The notes under the pieces are model-generated. The model made no database searches. It saw only the letters and a list, made by a program, of their open reading frames with translations, and was not told the origin of the DNA. Positions 22,653 to 34,935 of a stretch of DNA of 45,983 nucleotides are shown piece after piece. This DNA is from Octopus bimaculoides (taxonomy: Eukaryota), in NCBI RefSeq assembly GCF_001194135.2, contig NC_068984.1:96751837-96797819 (forward strand). The letters run 5' to 3'. The stretch's first letter is position 1; each line of letters starts with the position of its first letter. The position numbers and the translations under genes are program-made.

Positions 22653-23060
22653 TAAGACGGCTAATCGGCAGAATCGTTAGCACGCCGAGCGAAATGCTTA
22701 GCGGTATTTCATCTGTCTTTACGTTCTGAGTTCAAACTCCGCCGAGGTCGACTTTACCTTTCATCCTTTCAGGGTCGATAAATTAAGTACCAGCTGCGTA
22801 CTGGGGTCGATCTAATCGAGTTCCCCCTCCCCCAAAATTTCAGGCCATGTGCCTAGAGTAGAAAAGAATCGTTAGCACGTTGGACAAATGCTTAGCGGCA
22901 TTTCGTCCGTCTTTACGCTCTAAGTTTAAATTCCGTCGAAGTCTACTTTGTCTTTCATCCTTTTGGGGTCGATAAATTAAGTACCAGTGAAACACTGGGG
23001 TCGATGTAATCGACTTCCCCTTTCTTTCCAAGACTGCTGGCCCTGTGCCAACATTTGAAA
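22653..23060 (+). mobile_element. Two family-1 SINEs nested or in tandem (tail A unit followed by tail B unit)
   Basis: agaatcgttagcacg is duplicated at ~22670 and ~22865. There are two complete cores with different tails. Confidence 0.9.
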
Positions 23061-24200
23061 CTATTATTATTGATAATGTTGAACACTTCATACGACAGAA
23101 CAATGTATGTGTGCGTGCGTGCGTGCGTGCGTGCGTGTATGCGTGTGTGGTATACGCATGCATTTAATGAACTTATTATGTAAGCGTGATGCGGTAAAGA
23201 GCTGTATGTAAAGCACAACTGTATATGTTAGTAGCGACTTAAAGAAAATATTTGTCAAAGAACTTTAAGGGCTTTTCTGTACTTGAACAAATATTCATTA
23301 GTAATATTTGTTAGCTGTTTAATGTTGAAAGTTAACGACAATGTCGCTAGAGAGCACATGGTAACATGTGATGTTAGATACTGAAATATTAATACCCTCA
23401 TATAAACAACAGTCATCACACTGAAAGAACACCTTGGAGAAATCTGCTCTATACTTGGTAATGAAAGTACTAAACGGAAGCAACTTAGACGGAATGCAAA
23501 ACTTGAAAACTTCAACAACGAGCGCTGCCGTATTGGATGGTTAACCACGATAATAAAATGTAAGAGGAATAAGGAGTTTATACCTCATCAATTACATGAT
23601 ATGAATAAATTAACAAAATTCTATGATGACTTCACAAAGTTCTTGATGGGAGACTAATTTACTCTAAAGCACAAACTCAGGGCGATGAGCGAAAATCTTC
23701 GCTACCGCAGGTGAAATTTTGAACGTGACTGTATAAATCATAAACTTGCTTCTAACCCACAGGCATTATGCAGAGAGGTGAGGAAGGAAAATATTACTGT
23801 TAAAAAAAGCCTCTTCTTAAGAAGATTTTGAATCATTCTGGTTGAAAATCTGGAACGTAAAGAGAGATCTCGACCTCAATGTATCGTGACTAGATGCGGT
23901 ATGAAGAAAATATTGTTCCAGCATCAACAGTAAAACATATGCAGATGACCTGGAAACCTTCACTATAGCTATAGAAAAATTGCATAATGGGAAGGCAAAT
24001 AGAAGAGTTAGATATTGGTACAAGAGGCTGACATTTTCCCGAAAACCACTAATATGTACATTCAAAAACACCAAGGAAGCTCACATTGACATATCAGATT
24101 GGCTTGCTATAACAAGGACAAAATTTATAGCTAAGGATGATACCATCGAGTTGGCAGAAAACTATAGGCCTGTAGTTTGCCTAAATATTATCTACAATCT

Positions 24201-24414
24201 AAGGCGGCGAGCTGACAGAAACGTTAGCACACCGGGCGAAATGCTTAGCGATATTTCGTCTGTCTTTACATTCTGAGTTCAAATTTCGCCGAGGTTGACT
24301 TTGCCTTTCAGCCTTTCGTGGTCGATAAATCAAGTACCAGTTGCGTACTGGAATCGATCTAATCAACTGGCCACCTTCTCCAAAATTTCGACCCTTGTGC
24401 CTAGAGTAGAAAAG
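24201..24414 (+). mobile_element. Full-length family-1 SINE (tail A) with 17-bp TSD
   Basis: TSD aatattat[c/g]tacaatct at 24184-24200 and 24415-24431 (16/17 identical). It splits the LINE RT reading frame. Confidence 0.95.
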
Positions 24415-26289
24415 AATATTATGTACAATCTGTACACAAGCTGTCTCAATCAATTCCTCCAGGATCATTGTGAGTCCAATGGCATAGTGACTGATGAACA
24501 GGCTGGAGGAAAGAAGGGAGTGTAGGAATGTGCCGAACAACTTTTGATAAATGAAGTTGTACTGTCTGAAGAGAAAAAAAAACACCGTAAGAGCCTTGCA
24601 ACAGTATGGCTTGATTATAGGAAGGTATTTGCTGTTGAAGTATCAACATTTAGCAAAACTTAATTGCTGCTATTGACAAGCTCATAGTAACCTGAGAAAC
24701 AATTCGCATTCTTAAAACTGAGAACGGAACGATTCTGTCCTTTATTATAAATGTATCAAAAGTAATATTGCATGGAGGTAGTCTTTCTGTAATTCCGTTC
24801 ATTTCAGCATTAAATCCAATATCATTCCAGCTATAAAAATCAAACGGCTACATGCTAGGGTCTGCAACTGCTAGAGATATTAGTGTAGCAGATAATTTCT
24901 TGGTGTATGACCTCAAGATTTATGCTAAAAATGTTAATATTGCCAAAAAACAGTTGGAATTAATAACAACATTTTCAGCTGACACAGGAATGGAATTTGG
25001 CCAAAAGAAATGTTCTTATTTGATTGTTGAACGTGGGAAGTCAATCTCCCAAAACCAGTGCACCAACGATCTCACTATCTCACCTGCCCCACACAAAGAA
25101 TGCTTCAAGTACTAAGACACTGACAAAAATATATCATAGAAGGTACTGTGAATAAAGATAGAGTGACCCGGGAATATTATGCCAGACTTTGAAAAATATA
25201 TTAGTCAGAATTCTCCTCTTATAAGACAATATCCCACAATGCATTTGCAGTACCAGTGCTGATTCCAACATTTGAGATACTTGACTGGTCTCTAGAGGAA
25301 ATCCTCTCCATAGCCGTTAAAGCCTGCAAGATACTGACATCAACTGGAAATCTCCACAATTATACAGATATCGACAGGTTCAACCTAGAAAGAGATGAAG
25401 TGGGTGGAGGATTGAAATCAGTGCAAACAGCCTTCGAATGTCAACATGATGTCCCTCAGACAGTACTTCCTAAACAGCAGCAGCATAAATAGATCCATTA
25501 ACTTGGTGCTGAAAAGTGTCGGCAGTGAACTCCTCAGGAAGCACTCTCTTCCTGATGATGTCTCATACAATCCCAAAACAGCTGGATTAACATACCTCAA
25601 AGAAAACCTGGATGTGAAACGCTCAGCATGCCAAAACTAAAAACTGTGCACGGATATGTTTCCCGACGATTTATAAAAGGCAGTAATATCGACGTGAAGT
25701 GTAGTCTCTCAAGGGTTCGTGACCGCTCCATTACATCACACTACGAAAGCTATCCAACAACAGGAGATTGCCATAAAATACCTAATAAACATAAAAGACA
25801 GTGAAGCTCTTGGAACTTCAAGATGCAACCGAAAATGTCGATTATGTCATATTTTTGTGGAAAACATCACATATGTGATTAGCTGGTGCACAATAATATC
25901 ATCAAGATACTACCTTTCAATGCAACACAATGTTGTCGCAAAAACAATATACAATTCCATTCAAAACAAAAGACTGTCCAGGAATAAATATAGAAAATCC
26001 CCCTCTTATTGAACACGTACACAAATATCAGCACAAAGAATACTGATGGAATATTCTCATCAAAACATCTGTCGCGTGTAAGCATAACAGGCCGGACATT
26101 GTTTAGGGCAGACAAGAAAAAGCATGTGGGTAAGTGCCTAAGTGACAGTCTGGGTAAGCTGGGATCTTCAGAAGAAGAAATCAACCAACTAACTCGCACA
26201 TTATAAATACAATCTGTAAGTGGAACAGTAAAAATATGCAAGACTTTTCTCAAGATTAAATTGTGAAAATGTTTTTATCTACACCACAA

Positions 26290-26590
26290 CGATAGAGTTT
26301 TGTAACTTCAAGGTCATGAGTTCAATTACCAGCGTCGGGTTGTGTCATTGAGCAAGACAGTATTTCACACTGCTCCAGTCCATTCAGCTAGCAAGAATGA
26401 ATAGTACGTGTCATTCAAATGGCCAGCCTAGTCTCTTTCTGTGTCATGCTAAACCTCTCTGAAAACTATGTTAAGGGCACATATATCAGTGAAGTATTCA
26501 GACACCTGCACGTTAATGCCACGAGTAAGCTGTCCCATTGATCGGATCAACTGGAACCCTCGCTTTCGTAACCAATGAAGTTCTGATGTT
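26290..26590 (+). mobile_element. tRNA-derived SINE family 3 inserted in the LINE 3' UTR
   Basis: B-box gagttcaattacc and ttgtgtcattgagcaagacag..ctccagtccattcagct..gatcggatcaactggaaccctcg. The flanks rejoin to match the uninterrupted UTR at 30240-30322. Confidence 0.75.
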
Positions 26591-27294
26591 CGAAAGCAGC
26601 TCCTGAAGAATTTAAATAATTAAAAACAGAAGAGAACATACATACATACATACATACATACATACATACATACATACATACATACATACATACATTACTA
26701 CAAAGTCCTATTAATATCAACTAAAGCTACGATATAATACCTTCGCATTACAATAATAGCTACTGAAGCTGCTATATAATGCCATCATATAGCAACAACA
26801 TACATGTTGTTACATGGGAATAAACATAGACATTATCTCAGTTACTATGGAGCTATTAGCAAAGAATACAAAACACGTTATTGTGGTTTTAATCTGAATA
26901 ACAATAACAGAGGCAACGGTTTTCTTGACAAATACATAAGAAAACTAAGAGAAAAATTTGTCTATGCAAATGTCATTGCAATGGTAGTTGGTTATTCCGG
27001 TTTATTTTTCTTTTTTTCTTTTTCTTTTTGGTAAATCTACACACAAATCGAAATGATTTATCAAGCTTCTTGTCAAACAAAACTGCACGGTTGTATTTTC
27101 ATCAGGATAGACACACAGACACACTACCCTATGCACACAACTATACCCATTCAAACATACACATACACACGCACGCACACAAACATCTACTCACTATTTA
27201 CTCACTCAGACATACGCACACTCACATGTATATATACATGTACAAATATACATAAACACATATATAGACAGACAAATACACATATAGATAGACG

Positions 27295-27374
<80 letters not shown>

Positions 27375-27375
27375 A

Positions 27376-27421
<46 letters not shown>

Positions 27422-27929
27422 GCATATATGTATATGTATANNNNNNNNNNNNNNNNNNNNNNNNNNNNNNNNNNNNNNNNNNNNNNNNNNNNNNNNNNNN
27501 NNNNNNNNNNNNNNNNNNNNNNNNNNNNNNNNNNNNNNNNNNNNNNNNNNNNNNNNNNNNNNNNNNNNNNNNNNNNNNNNNNNNNNNNNNNNNNNNNNNN
27601 NNNNNNNNNNNNNNNNNNNNNNNNNNNNNNNNNNNNNNNNNNNNNNNNNNNNNNNNNNNNNNNNNNNNNNNNNNNNNNNNNNNNNNNNNNNNNNNNNNNN
27701 NNNNNNNNNNNNNNNNNNNNNNNNNNNNNNNNNNNNNNNNNNNNNNNNNNNNNNNNNNNNNNNNNNNNNNNNNNNNNNNNNNNNNNNNNNNNNNNNNNNN
27801 NNNNNNNNNNNNNNNNNNNNNNNNNNNNNNNNNNNNNNNNNNNNNNNNNNNNNNNNNNNNNNNNNNNNNNNNNNNNNNNNNNNNNNNNNNNNNNNNNNNN
27901 NNNNNNNNNNNNNNNNNNNNNNNNNNNNN

Positions 27930-27974
<45 letters not shown>

Positions 27975-29061
27975 TGTTCGTGCGTGTGTGACTGCGCGTG
28001 TAAAATGGAGACAGTTTTCGCTTCAAAAACTTGTTTTCGTGCCGATATAGATACTAACAAGTTATATCAATTATATATTTCATTGAGTGTTTCTTTTCAA
28101 TTTCTCCTAAAGAAAAACCATCAATAGCAAATTTCATGTTGCTGTTTGGAGAAATGCGAAACTTTCTCTTACATCACTGATTCAAACCTGATGAATAAAA
28201 CACGTCATACAATGGGACGCCATGATAAATGTTGTCTACTTTATATTAGACGGAAGTCGTATAGCGATAGAAAATGAATTTCAAGCAAGTAATAACTAAA
28301 ATTTTACGCAATCCCCTTTCGATGTAAATAAATCTTCAGAAAAATTCGCTGAAAATTTTCCAAAAAATTCTCATTGCAAAAATCTTCAATGATTTTTTAT
28401 TGAAATATCTTTGATGATAAAAAAAGAACTTTATAATTTGGAAGTCTTAATTCTCTCTCTTGCCATTTTGAATTTGGTATTTCCACTTTATCTGAGAAAA
28501 TGTCTACGATGTTCTCTTTTTAACTATTTATATAATTTTTTTCCGATTCTTTTTAGAATATTTTTCTTCGAATTTTATGACTGCCTTTCATTATGTATCC
28601 GGTGAATATAGGTTCAATTTTCTTTTAGTACTCTCTGTTTTGATGTTGCTAAACTAAAAGGAACAGGTTAGAAGTAATTGTATATGAACATTTTTTTTCC
28701 TTGTTGTTATGTAATTCCATATTTAATATATTCCAGTTCAGATCTCGAGAGAGAGGAGAGGGGGCTTTCCATTTCGTATTTTCGTTAAAACAATTTGTCA
28801 CGTATTATTGTTGTATATATATCTGTTAATAGTCTCAGTTTTGGAAGTAATAGTGAGACTATACTTCACTAATGACTAACATGATGGAAACATATCTGAA
28901 GGAGTTGTCCATGCAGTTTCCAACAATCAGACTCAATGCCCATTATATACTTTTTTAGTAATTTCAAGGTTGTCATCCTTTCATATCTTGACAAGAATTA
29001 ATCATTAAGCTACTTATTTCATCTCCTTAATATGATTTTTACCGTCTCATTTCTTGACATA

Positions 29062-29264
29062 CGAGTTCTTGGCTTTGGGTAAAAGAAAATACAGGCGGAT
29101 CAGTTAATTATGATTTTATTCAACATATTCCCCTCTCAGATTCACACACTTATTCCAGCGTTCCTTCAGTTTTTCTAAGCCCTGTAAAAGAACTTGGAAT
29201 GTCGGGCCTCCACCCAGGTGTTTCGTGACACCCTTAAAGACAGAAACTTTTCAGCACTTCTTCG
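29062..29264 (-). mobile_element. Mariner-derived MITE (~200 bp), TA on both sides
   Basis: Terminal ta|cgag..ttcttggct and cagaaacttttcagcacttcttcg|ta. It retains the transposase tail ..KERWNKCVNLRGEYVE*. Confidence 0.75.
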
Positions 29265-29295
29265 TATATATGTGTTTTCATATGTCTTTATATAT

Positions 29296-29743
29296 AGATA
29301 CAGATAAGGAAATAATTTTATTCTCAAATGCAGGATAATGCTAATAATATAGCATGAACAGGATAAACTATCCTTATTTTGCAGAAAAATCTGTCGGCAG
29401 TCAGCCATGAGACTCGAACTCATATCCCTGTGATCACGCGTCAAGTGTTTTACCATTAAGCTAAACTGCAAATTTAGGATATATAAATCTAGCTTTATAA
29501 GACGCTATCGTACGTTAAATTCAACTCACGTTGAAAGTCAATAAAGATTGCTTTAGCAGCGTTGAGATGTGTTGAAAGATAGAGATAAGGAAATAATTTT
29601 ATTCTCAAATACAGAATAATGCTAATAATATAGCATGAACAGGATAAACTATCCATATTTTGCAGAAAAATCTGTCGGCAACCAGCCATGAGACTCGAAC
29701 TCACATCCCTGTGATTACGCGTCAAGTGCTTTACCATGAAGCT
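29296..29743 (-). repeat. Two 167-bp direct repeats (29296-29462, 29577-29743), each with a tRNA-like A/B-box head
   Basis: Minus strand agcttaatggtaaaacac..atgag-ttcgagt-ctcat (perfect T-arm). The two units are near-identical by eye. Confidence 0.85.
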
Positions 29744-29754
29744 TAATGTGACAT

Positions 29755-30322
29755 GACGTAGTTGCCGAAACAATTTAGTGTCATCCGAAAAAAAAAGACT
29801 ACTCTGAGATAAATATAGAGAATTCCTTTGTTATTGAATACACACATATACATCAACACAATAAATATTGTTGGAATATTCCCATCAAAACTTCTACCAA
29901 GCGCAAATATAACAGGCCAGATATTGTTTCGGATAGAGAAGAAAAAAGTATGTATCATCATAGAGGCCAGATGCCCTGCTAATGTGAATATCTCAGAAAA
30001 TCAACGAGAAAGAGGATAACTATGGATAACTACTCCGAAATTTTCATCTTCTATATCCAGGTTATAAGTTCACATTTATACCAAAAATAATTGGTTTTGG
30101 TAAAGAAACGCTTAAGTTAGGATTTTCATAAAAAAAAAACAAGAAATCAACCAGCTGACACACACATTAGATACACAATCTGTAAACAGAACAGTAAAAA
30201 TATACAAAACTTTTCTCAAGCTCAGAATGTGATATTTTGTATTTTTTTTTTAATCTACATTTCAGAAACCAGCTCCTTCCTTACAAGAAGACATCAAATA
30301 ATTAAAAATAGACGAGAACATA
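29755..30322 (+). mobile_element. 5'-truncated R4/Dong LINE family B, copy 2
   Basis: RHDVVAETI..KYCWNIPIKTSTKRKYNRPDIV..YPGYKFTFIP..TVKIYKTFLK. The UTR end is shared with 26590-26640 and is followed by (GACA)n. Confidence 0.85.
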
Positions 30323-30325
30323 TAC

Positions 30326-30355
<30 letters not shown>

Positions 30356-30356
<1 letters not shown>

Positions 30357-30660
30357 GCGGATATGGCCGAATGGTTAAGAAGTCTGCTCTGCAATCGGAA
30401 GGTCCAATTTAGATTCCACTGCGTAGAATCTTGGTCAAGTGTCATTCTGCATAGCCTCGAATTGACTGATTCCCTTGTAAGTCCCTTGTAGAAGTCCGTC
30501 TAATGGATTACACCTGTGATTCAAACATCCGGCCTTGTTGTATTATATGCCATGCTGGTTCCTCTTGAGAATTACATTACAGGTATTTTTGTCTGCAGAA
30601 TACTCAATCACTTACTCTCTAATTCAATGAACTTGGTAATTTAATTGATCGAACAACAAC
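30356..30660 (+). mobile_element. tRNA-derived SINE, mosaic of a family-2-like head and a family-3-like tail
   Basis: A-box tggccgaatgg; ccactgcgtagaatcttggtcaagtgtc; 30505-30655 aligns to 26400-26555. Confidence 0.6.
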
Positions 30661-30707
30661 TTTTGGTTGAAAAATCTGATCGAGACCCATCCAGCCATAT
30701 ATACATA

Positions 30708-30775
<68 letters not shown>

Positions 30776-30798
30776 CGTGTGTGTGTGCATTTATAAAT

Positions 30799-30838
<40 letters not shown>

Positions 30839-32755
30839 TTTTAACAATGCCAGTTATTGATGTTATTGCTAATGCTGTTGTTGTTGCTATTGAAGAGACT
30901 TTCAACAGAACAAATAGCTAACTCAGTATGTAGCTCGTTATTGTGAAAGCTCGTTGACAGTGGAACACTTTATGTAACCTCAGTGTGATCTCTGACGACA
31001 TTACTGTGTTTTATAGATAGTTTTGATATTTATAATGACGTCTACTTTGGTGACCTAAAATATATCAAGTGCTCCTCTACAGTCATTAGAGACGACTATT
31101 GCAATAAATACGGTGAGCATGGAAGACATGTATACATATGCACACATGCGTGACCAAAGAGACACGCACATACTTTGATAGCACATCAAAGTGTAGACAG
31201 ATATATCTATATAAATGAACATGCGTCCGTGTGTTTAATGAGTGAGTGTGCATATGTGTTTAAAGGCATATACATGCAAATACCGTCATGTTTCTGTTAC
31301 TGAACTTAGTAGTAGCGCTAACCTATATCGAATCTCATTCAGTACATGAACAAGAGGAGCCATCGAGCGGATTATGTTTCTCTTTATACTGATCAGAGAA
31401 GAAAAAACCAAAAGGATACAACAGTAGCCGAAAAAAAAAAGAAACTAAATCTACAACTTTCCCTCTAAATTGTACATAAAGAATCAAACATCCAGAATTA
31501 AAAATATAAAAAAGAAAACCCTTCAGGTTCTACTTATGGCTGAAGATATTATATTGATAATGCTGAAAACGAATATTTCAAATTAACAGAAGATATTTTC
31601 TTGTATAAAAGGATTTAGCAAAGTACACAATGGATATGAAAATTGTGAGAAAATATCCAACAATTATTCAAATCTATAAAGATTTTTATTCGCCTTGTGT
31701 TTTCAACATTAAATCTGAATAACAAACTTGTTGCATAATGTCGATTATTGATTAAATTAACCAATGTTTATTGCTGTGTTACAGCCGATGCAATGAATAC
31801 ATTTTTTTTTTTTGGCATAATTATACAATTAAAGCCTCTTCGGTTATTTTCTGCGATAAATTTTATCGATTTTAGCTAGCTGTTAATAGCGATTATTGAT
31901 TCAGTTAAATGACATGTTTATTGATACACTATAGCAGATATAATAAACACATGCGTTATATGATTATACAAATAAGCTTCTTTATTTATTTTCCTGGATA
32001 TAAGTAGTATATATACTCACTAGTTATATGCTAAATGCTAACTCCATTCTAACGTAAGGACCAGAAGTAGCTAATACATGAATTTTATTTGAACTCAAAC
32101 CTAAAATTAGAAATCCATGATGATAAAAATGTTTTGATTATACTCTTATAATTTGGGTTGCGATACGTACCGATTTATTAATGTTGCCCGGCATCCGGCC
32201 TGTTTGAAATTATATCCCGGTTAATAGATAAATGATATTTGTTATGATTTTTATCCTAGTTTGTCAGAAAGGCCTCTGGGTATCCTTATGAATTAGTTTT
32301 CTTAGTGCATTGAGTAACACTTGTGGTACTAATCTAACCAGGCTGTAAAATTAAAACCCTCTCTTTCACTCACATGAAACATAACATTCAGAACTGCCCT
32401 TAGGAAAACTCTTTCCATGATCTGAGAGTAGTAGTAAAGCTCTCTGAACTCTGACCCGTTCACTCATTAATAACTGATATCAGGCCTTATATAAGACANN
32501 NNNNNNNNNNNNNNNNNNNNNNNNNNNNNNNNNNNNNNNNNNNNNNNNNNNNNNNNNNNNNNNNNNNNNNNNNNNNNAAAAAAAAAAGAAAATAGAGACA
32601 GAATGCAGGGCTTGGACGTTCAACTAATCCCATAGACAATTCATCAAAATTCGTAAAGGAGTCCGTACAACTTGCCACTAACAACTGACCAATACATTTC
32701 TCTTATTTACATTATTTACAATTGACGGATATTTGTCTTTATCTTGTTTGTTGTT

Positions 32756-32801
32756 AACACAACGTTTCGGCTGATATACCCGCCAGCTCTCATCAGGTTC
32801 T
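32756..32801 (-). ncRNA. Minimal type I hammerhead ribozyme motif, core intact
   Basis: The minus strand reads agaac CTGATGA gaGCTG gcgggtatat CAGCc GAAACGTT gtgtt, with palindromic AACGTT stem III. Stem I is imperfect. Confidence 0.75.
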
Positions 32802-32859
32802 TGGGGGAAATTTTGAACCTGGGTTCTCATTCCTAATGTATTTTTCGATGTTATTATTA

Positions 32860-32904
<45 letters not shown>

Positions 32905-33034
32905 TCACTGCTTTGAATCGAACTCGGAATCTTGGGGTTAGTAGCCCGCGTTCTTAACCACTACGCCATATGCCCATGGCGTAGTGGTTAAAAGCGTGGG
33001 CTACTAACCCCAAGATTCCGAGTTCGATTCCAAG

Positions 33035-33075
<41 letters not shown>

Positions 33076-33124
33076 CATCGAAAAATATCTTAGGAATGCG
33101 AACCCAGGTTCAAAATTTCCCCAA

Positions 33125-33169
33125 GAGACCTGATGAAGGTTGGAGGGTATATCAGCCGAACGTTGTGTT
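33125..33169 (+). ncRNA. Minimal type I hammerhead ribozyme motif, one A lost from GAAA
   Basis: gagac CTGATGA aGGTTG gagggtatat CAGCC GAACGTT gtgtt. Confidence 0.65.
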
Positions 33170-33739
33170 AACAACAAACAAGATGAGGACGAATATCCGT
33201 CAATTGTAAATAATGTAAATAATGTACATAATCCCTCATCTCTTAAATATAGAACGACATTTCTCTTACTCTGTCATTTGTTTTTTACCCTGCCTTAATC
33301 GGATCACTGAGAATTGTTGGATTTTTGACAACTATACTTTATCCCTCTTTCCTTCACGCACACAGCAAATTTATGGAAACTTACACCTTATCCCCTTTGA
33401 GTATTTACATATTTTCTTTGTGCATACATGGACTTCTAATTTAAGTAACAATGAACTTTTGTGTTGTTTCATGAATAAGCGATTCGATCTTCATATTTCA
33501 GTTTTTTTTTTGGGGGGGGGGCTTATTATTAACAGTGTAAATTTCTTCTAATGTTGGCATGTCCCAGAATAAACCACTTGTGATGCATATTTCATATTTC
33601 ATTTCACTTTGATATTTCATACATATTTCTCTTTAAAAATTTCCTATCGATGCTCCGAATCGGAAAGATGTTAAAATGGTACGTTTCTTCATTCGATGTT
33701 GCACTCCTGGTCAGGAGTACAAGTCAAATTTTTTGTTCT

Positions 33740-34935
33740 ATTGAGATGGCTAAGATTCTGACTAATACATTATTCTCAGTTATTGACAATCACGGATTGA
33801 CGGGATAAGTCGCGGGACTTCAACACAAATGTTGGTGGTGTACAGTGAAAAAGCATAAATAACATATTTAGCTGATTAAAAGCCGAACTTGAGAGTGACC
33901 TTGTTGGCATTTGCTGCGCTACGCACAAAATGTACATCAGTTTCCGAACAGCTGTTGATCTATTACCAATTGATATTGAAGCTCTTATGCTGAAAATTTA
34001 CAAATATTTTCACATGTACACAGTTCGTTTAACACGCCTAAAATTTTCGACTTTGCCGGGAGTGGACTACAAAAAGTAATTATATGATAATATAAGACTT
34101 TTATTAATGCCACCAGTTGTTGGAAGAATTCTCAACATTTTTACTGGTTTGAAACTTTACTTTTATTCCAAGAACACTACCCAGGACAGATAAAATAATT
34201 CACTGAAAGGTGTTTTAGAGAAATGTATTCATTGTTTACACGAGGACAGTTTAGCATTTTCAACAATGAAGGCCAATTTCAGCACAGCAGATATCAAACT
34301 AAAATTGCAAGATTTGATAACAAAGATCTTGTTGAGAAAACTTGATGAAAATGGTGAAAGTAAAGAAATGATCTAAAAGTTTTATGAAAAATTTCTCATA
34401 CTTAAATTTATGGAAAGAAAACTTTCAACAGGCAGACGATCTTGAGTGGTTAAACACTGGAGATATATCTTGACCGAGTGCCGAGTTGTTTGCAGTTAAA
34501 GATCAACCAAAGAACTGGAAAGCAAGTAATAAATAATTACTCAATTATTTGATGAAGTTATTATTTGAAAAGAGTTTTGGGGCTTCCAAAGCAAGAAATT
34601 TGGCCAATGCAGAACTTCGAATAAGAAAAAATGGCAGTTATTTTATTCATTATATATTATTTTATTTATTTTATATATTAGTAAAAAATTTTAGTGCTGT
34701 AGTAGAATACATTCTTTGTCTTCCTGGCACTTTTGCACCAGTTGAACGACTGTTTTCTGTAATAAATAATGTGCGCTCGCATGAGAGGGATAATATGGTG
34801 GAAACTACTGACAGAGGAACCTCTGGTGACTAAAATAAACATTCCAACACGCTGCTCATAATCTTTTGACAAAAGGAAAAATGGCTATACATTTCTTAGA
34901 AATGTTGCTTCAAGTGAAAAATATAAAAGTGTTGA
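33740..34935 (+). mobile_element. hAT transposase pseudogene
   Basis: NTNVGGV..NNIFS*LK..DLVGICCATH..LPIDIEALMLKIYKYFHMYTVR and the dimerisation-domain motif VVEYILCLPGTFAPVERLFSVINN. There are many frameshifts and TIRs were not identified. Confidence 0.8.

Larger units (their letters stand above)
23330..26640 (+). mobile_element. Long degraded R4/Dong LINE, family B (RT, CCHC, partly deleted RLE, 3' UTR), with two nested SINEs
   Basis: FESFWLKIW; AENYRPVVCLNI; EQAGGKKGV; VWLDYRKVF; FLVYDLK (RT catalytic region); KCRLCH; KHNRPDIV; SGTVKICKTFLK. The UTR ends aaataattaaaaacagaagagaaca before (TACA)n. Confidence 0.9.
32706..33256. mobile_element. Palindromic tRNA-head/(AAT)n/hammerhead retroelement with 12-bp TSD
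   Basis: Arms 32704-32975 (-) and 32976-33222 (+) lie head to head. TSD acatttctctta is at 32694-32705 and 33257-33268. Confidence 0.9.

Noticed and set aside
22498-22683. PolyQ/polyL ORF (also polyT/polyA at 44260-44469)
   Set aside because: These are trinucleotide microsatellite translations adjacent to SINEs.
32905-33040. tRNA genes at the palindrome centre and in SINE heads
   Set aside because: A and B boxes are present, but acceptor and anticodon stems do not close and each head is fused to a repeat body.
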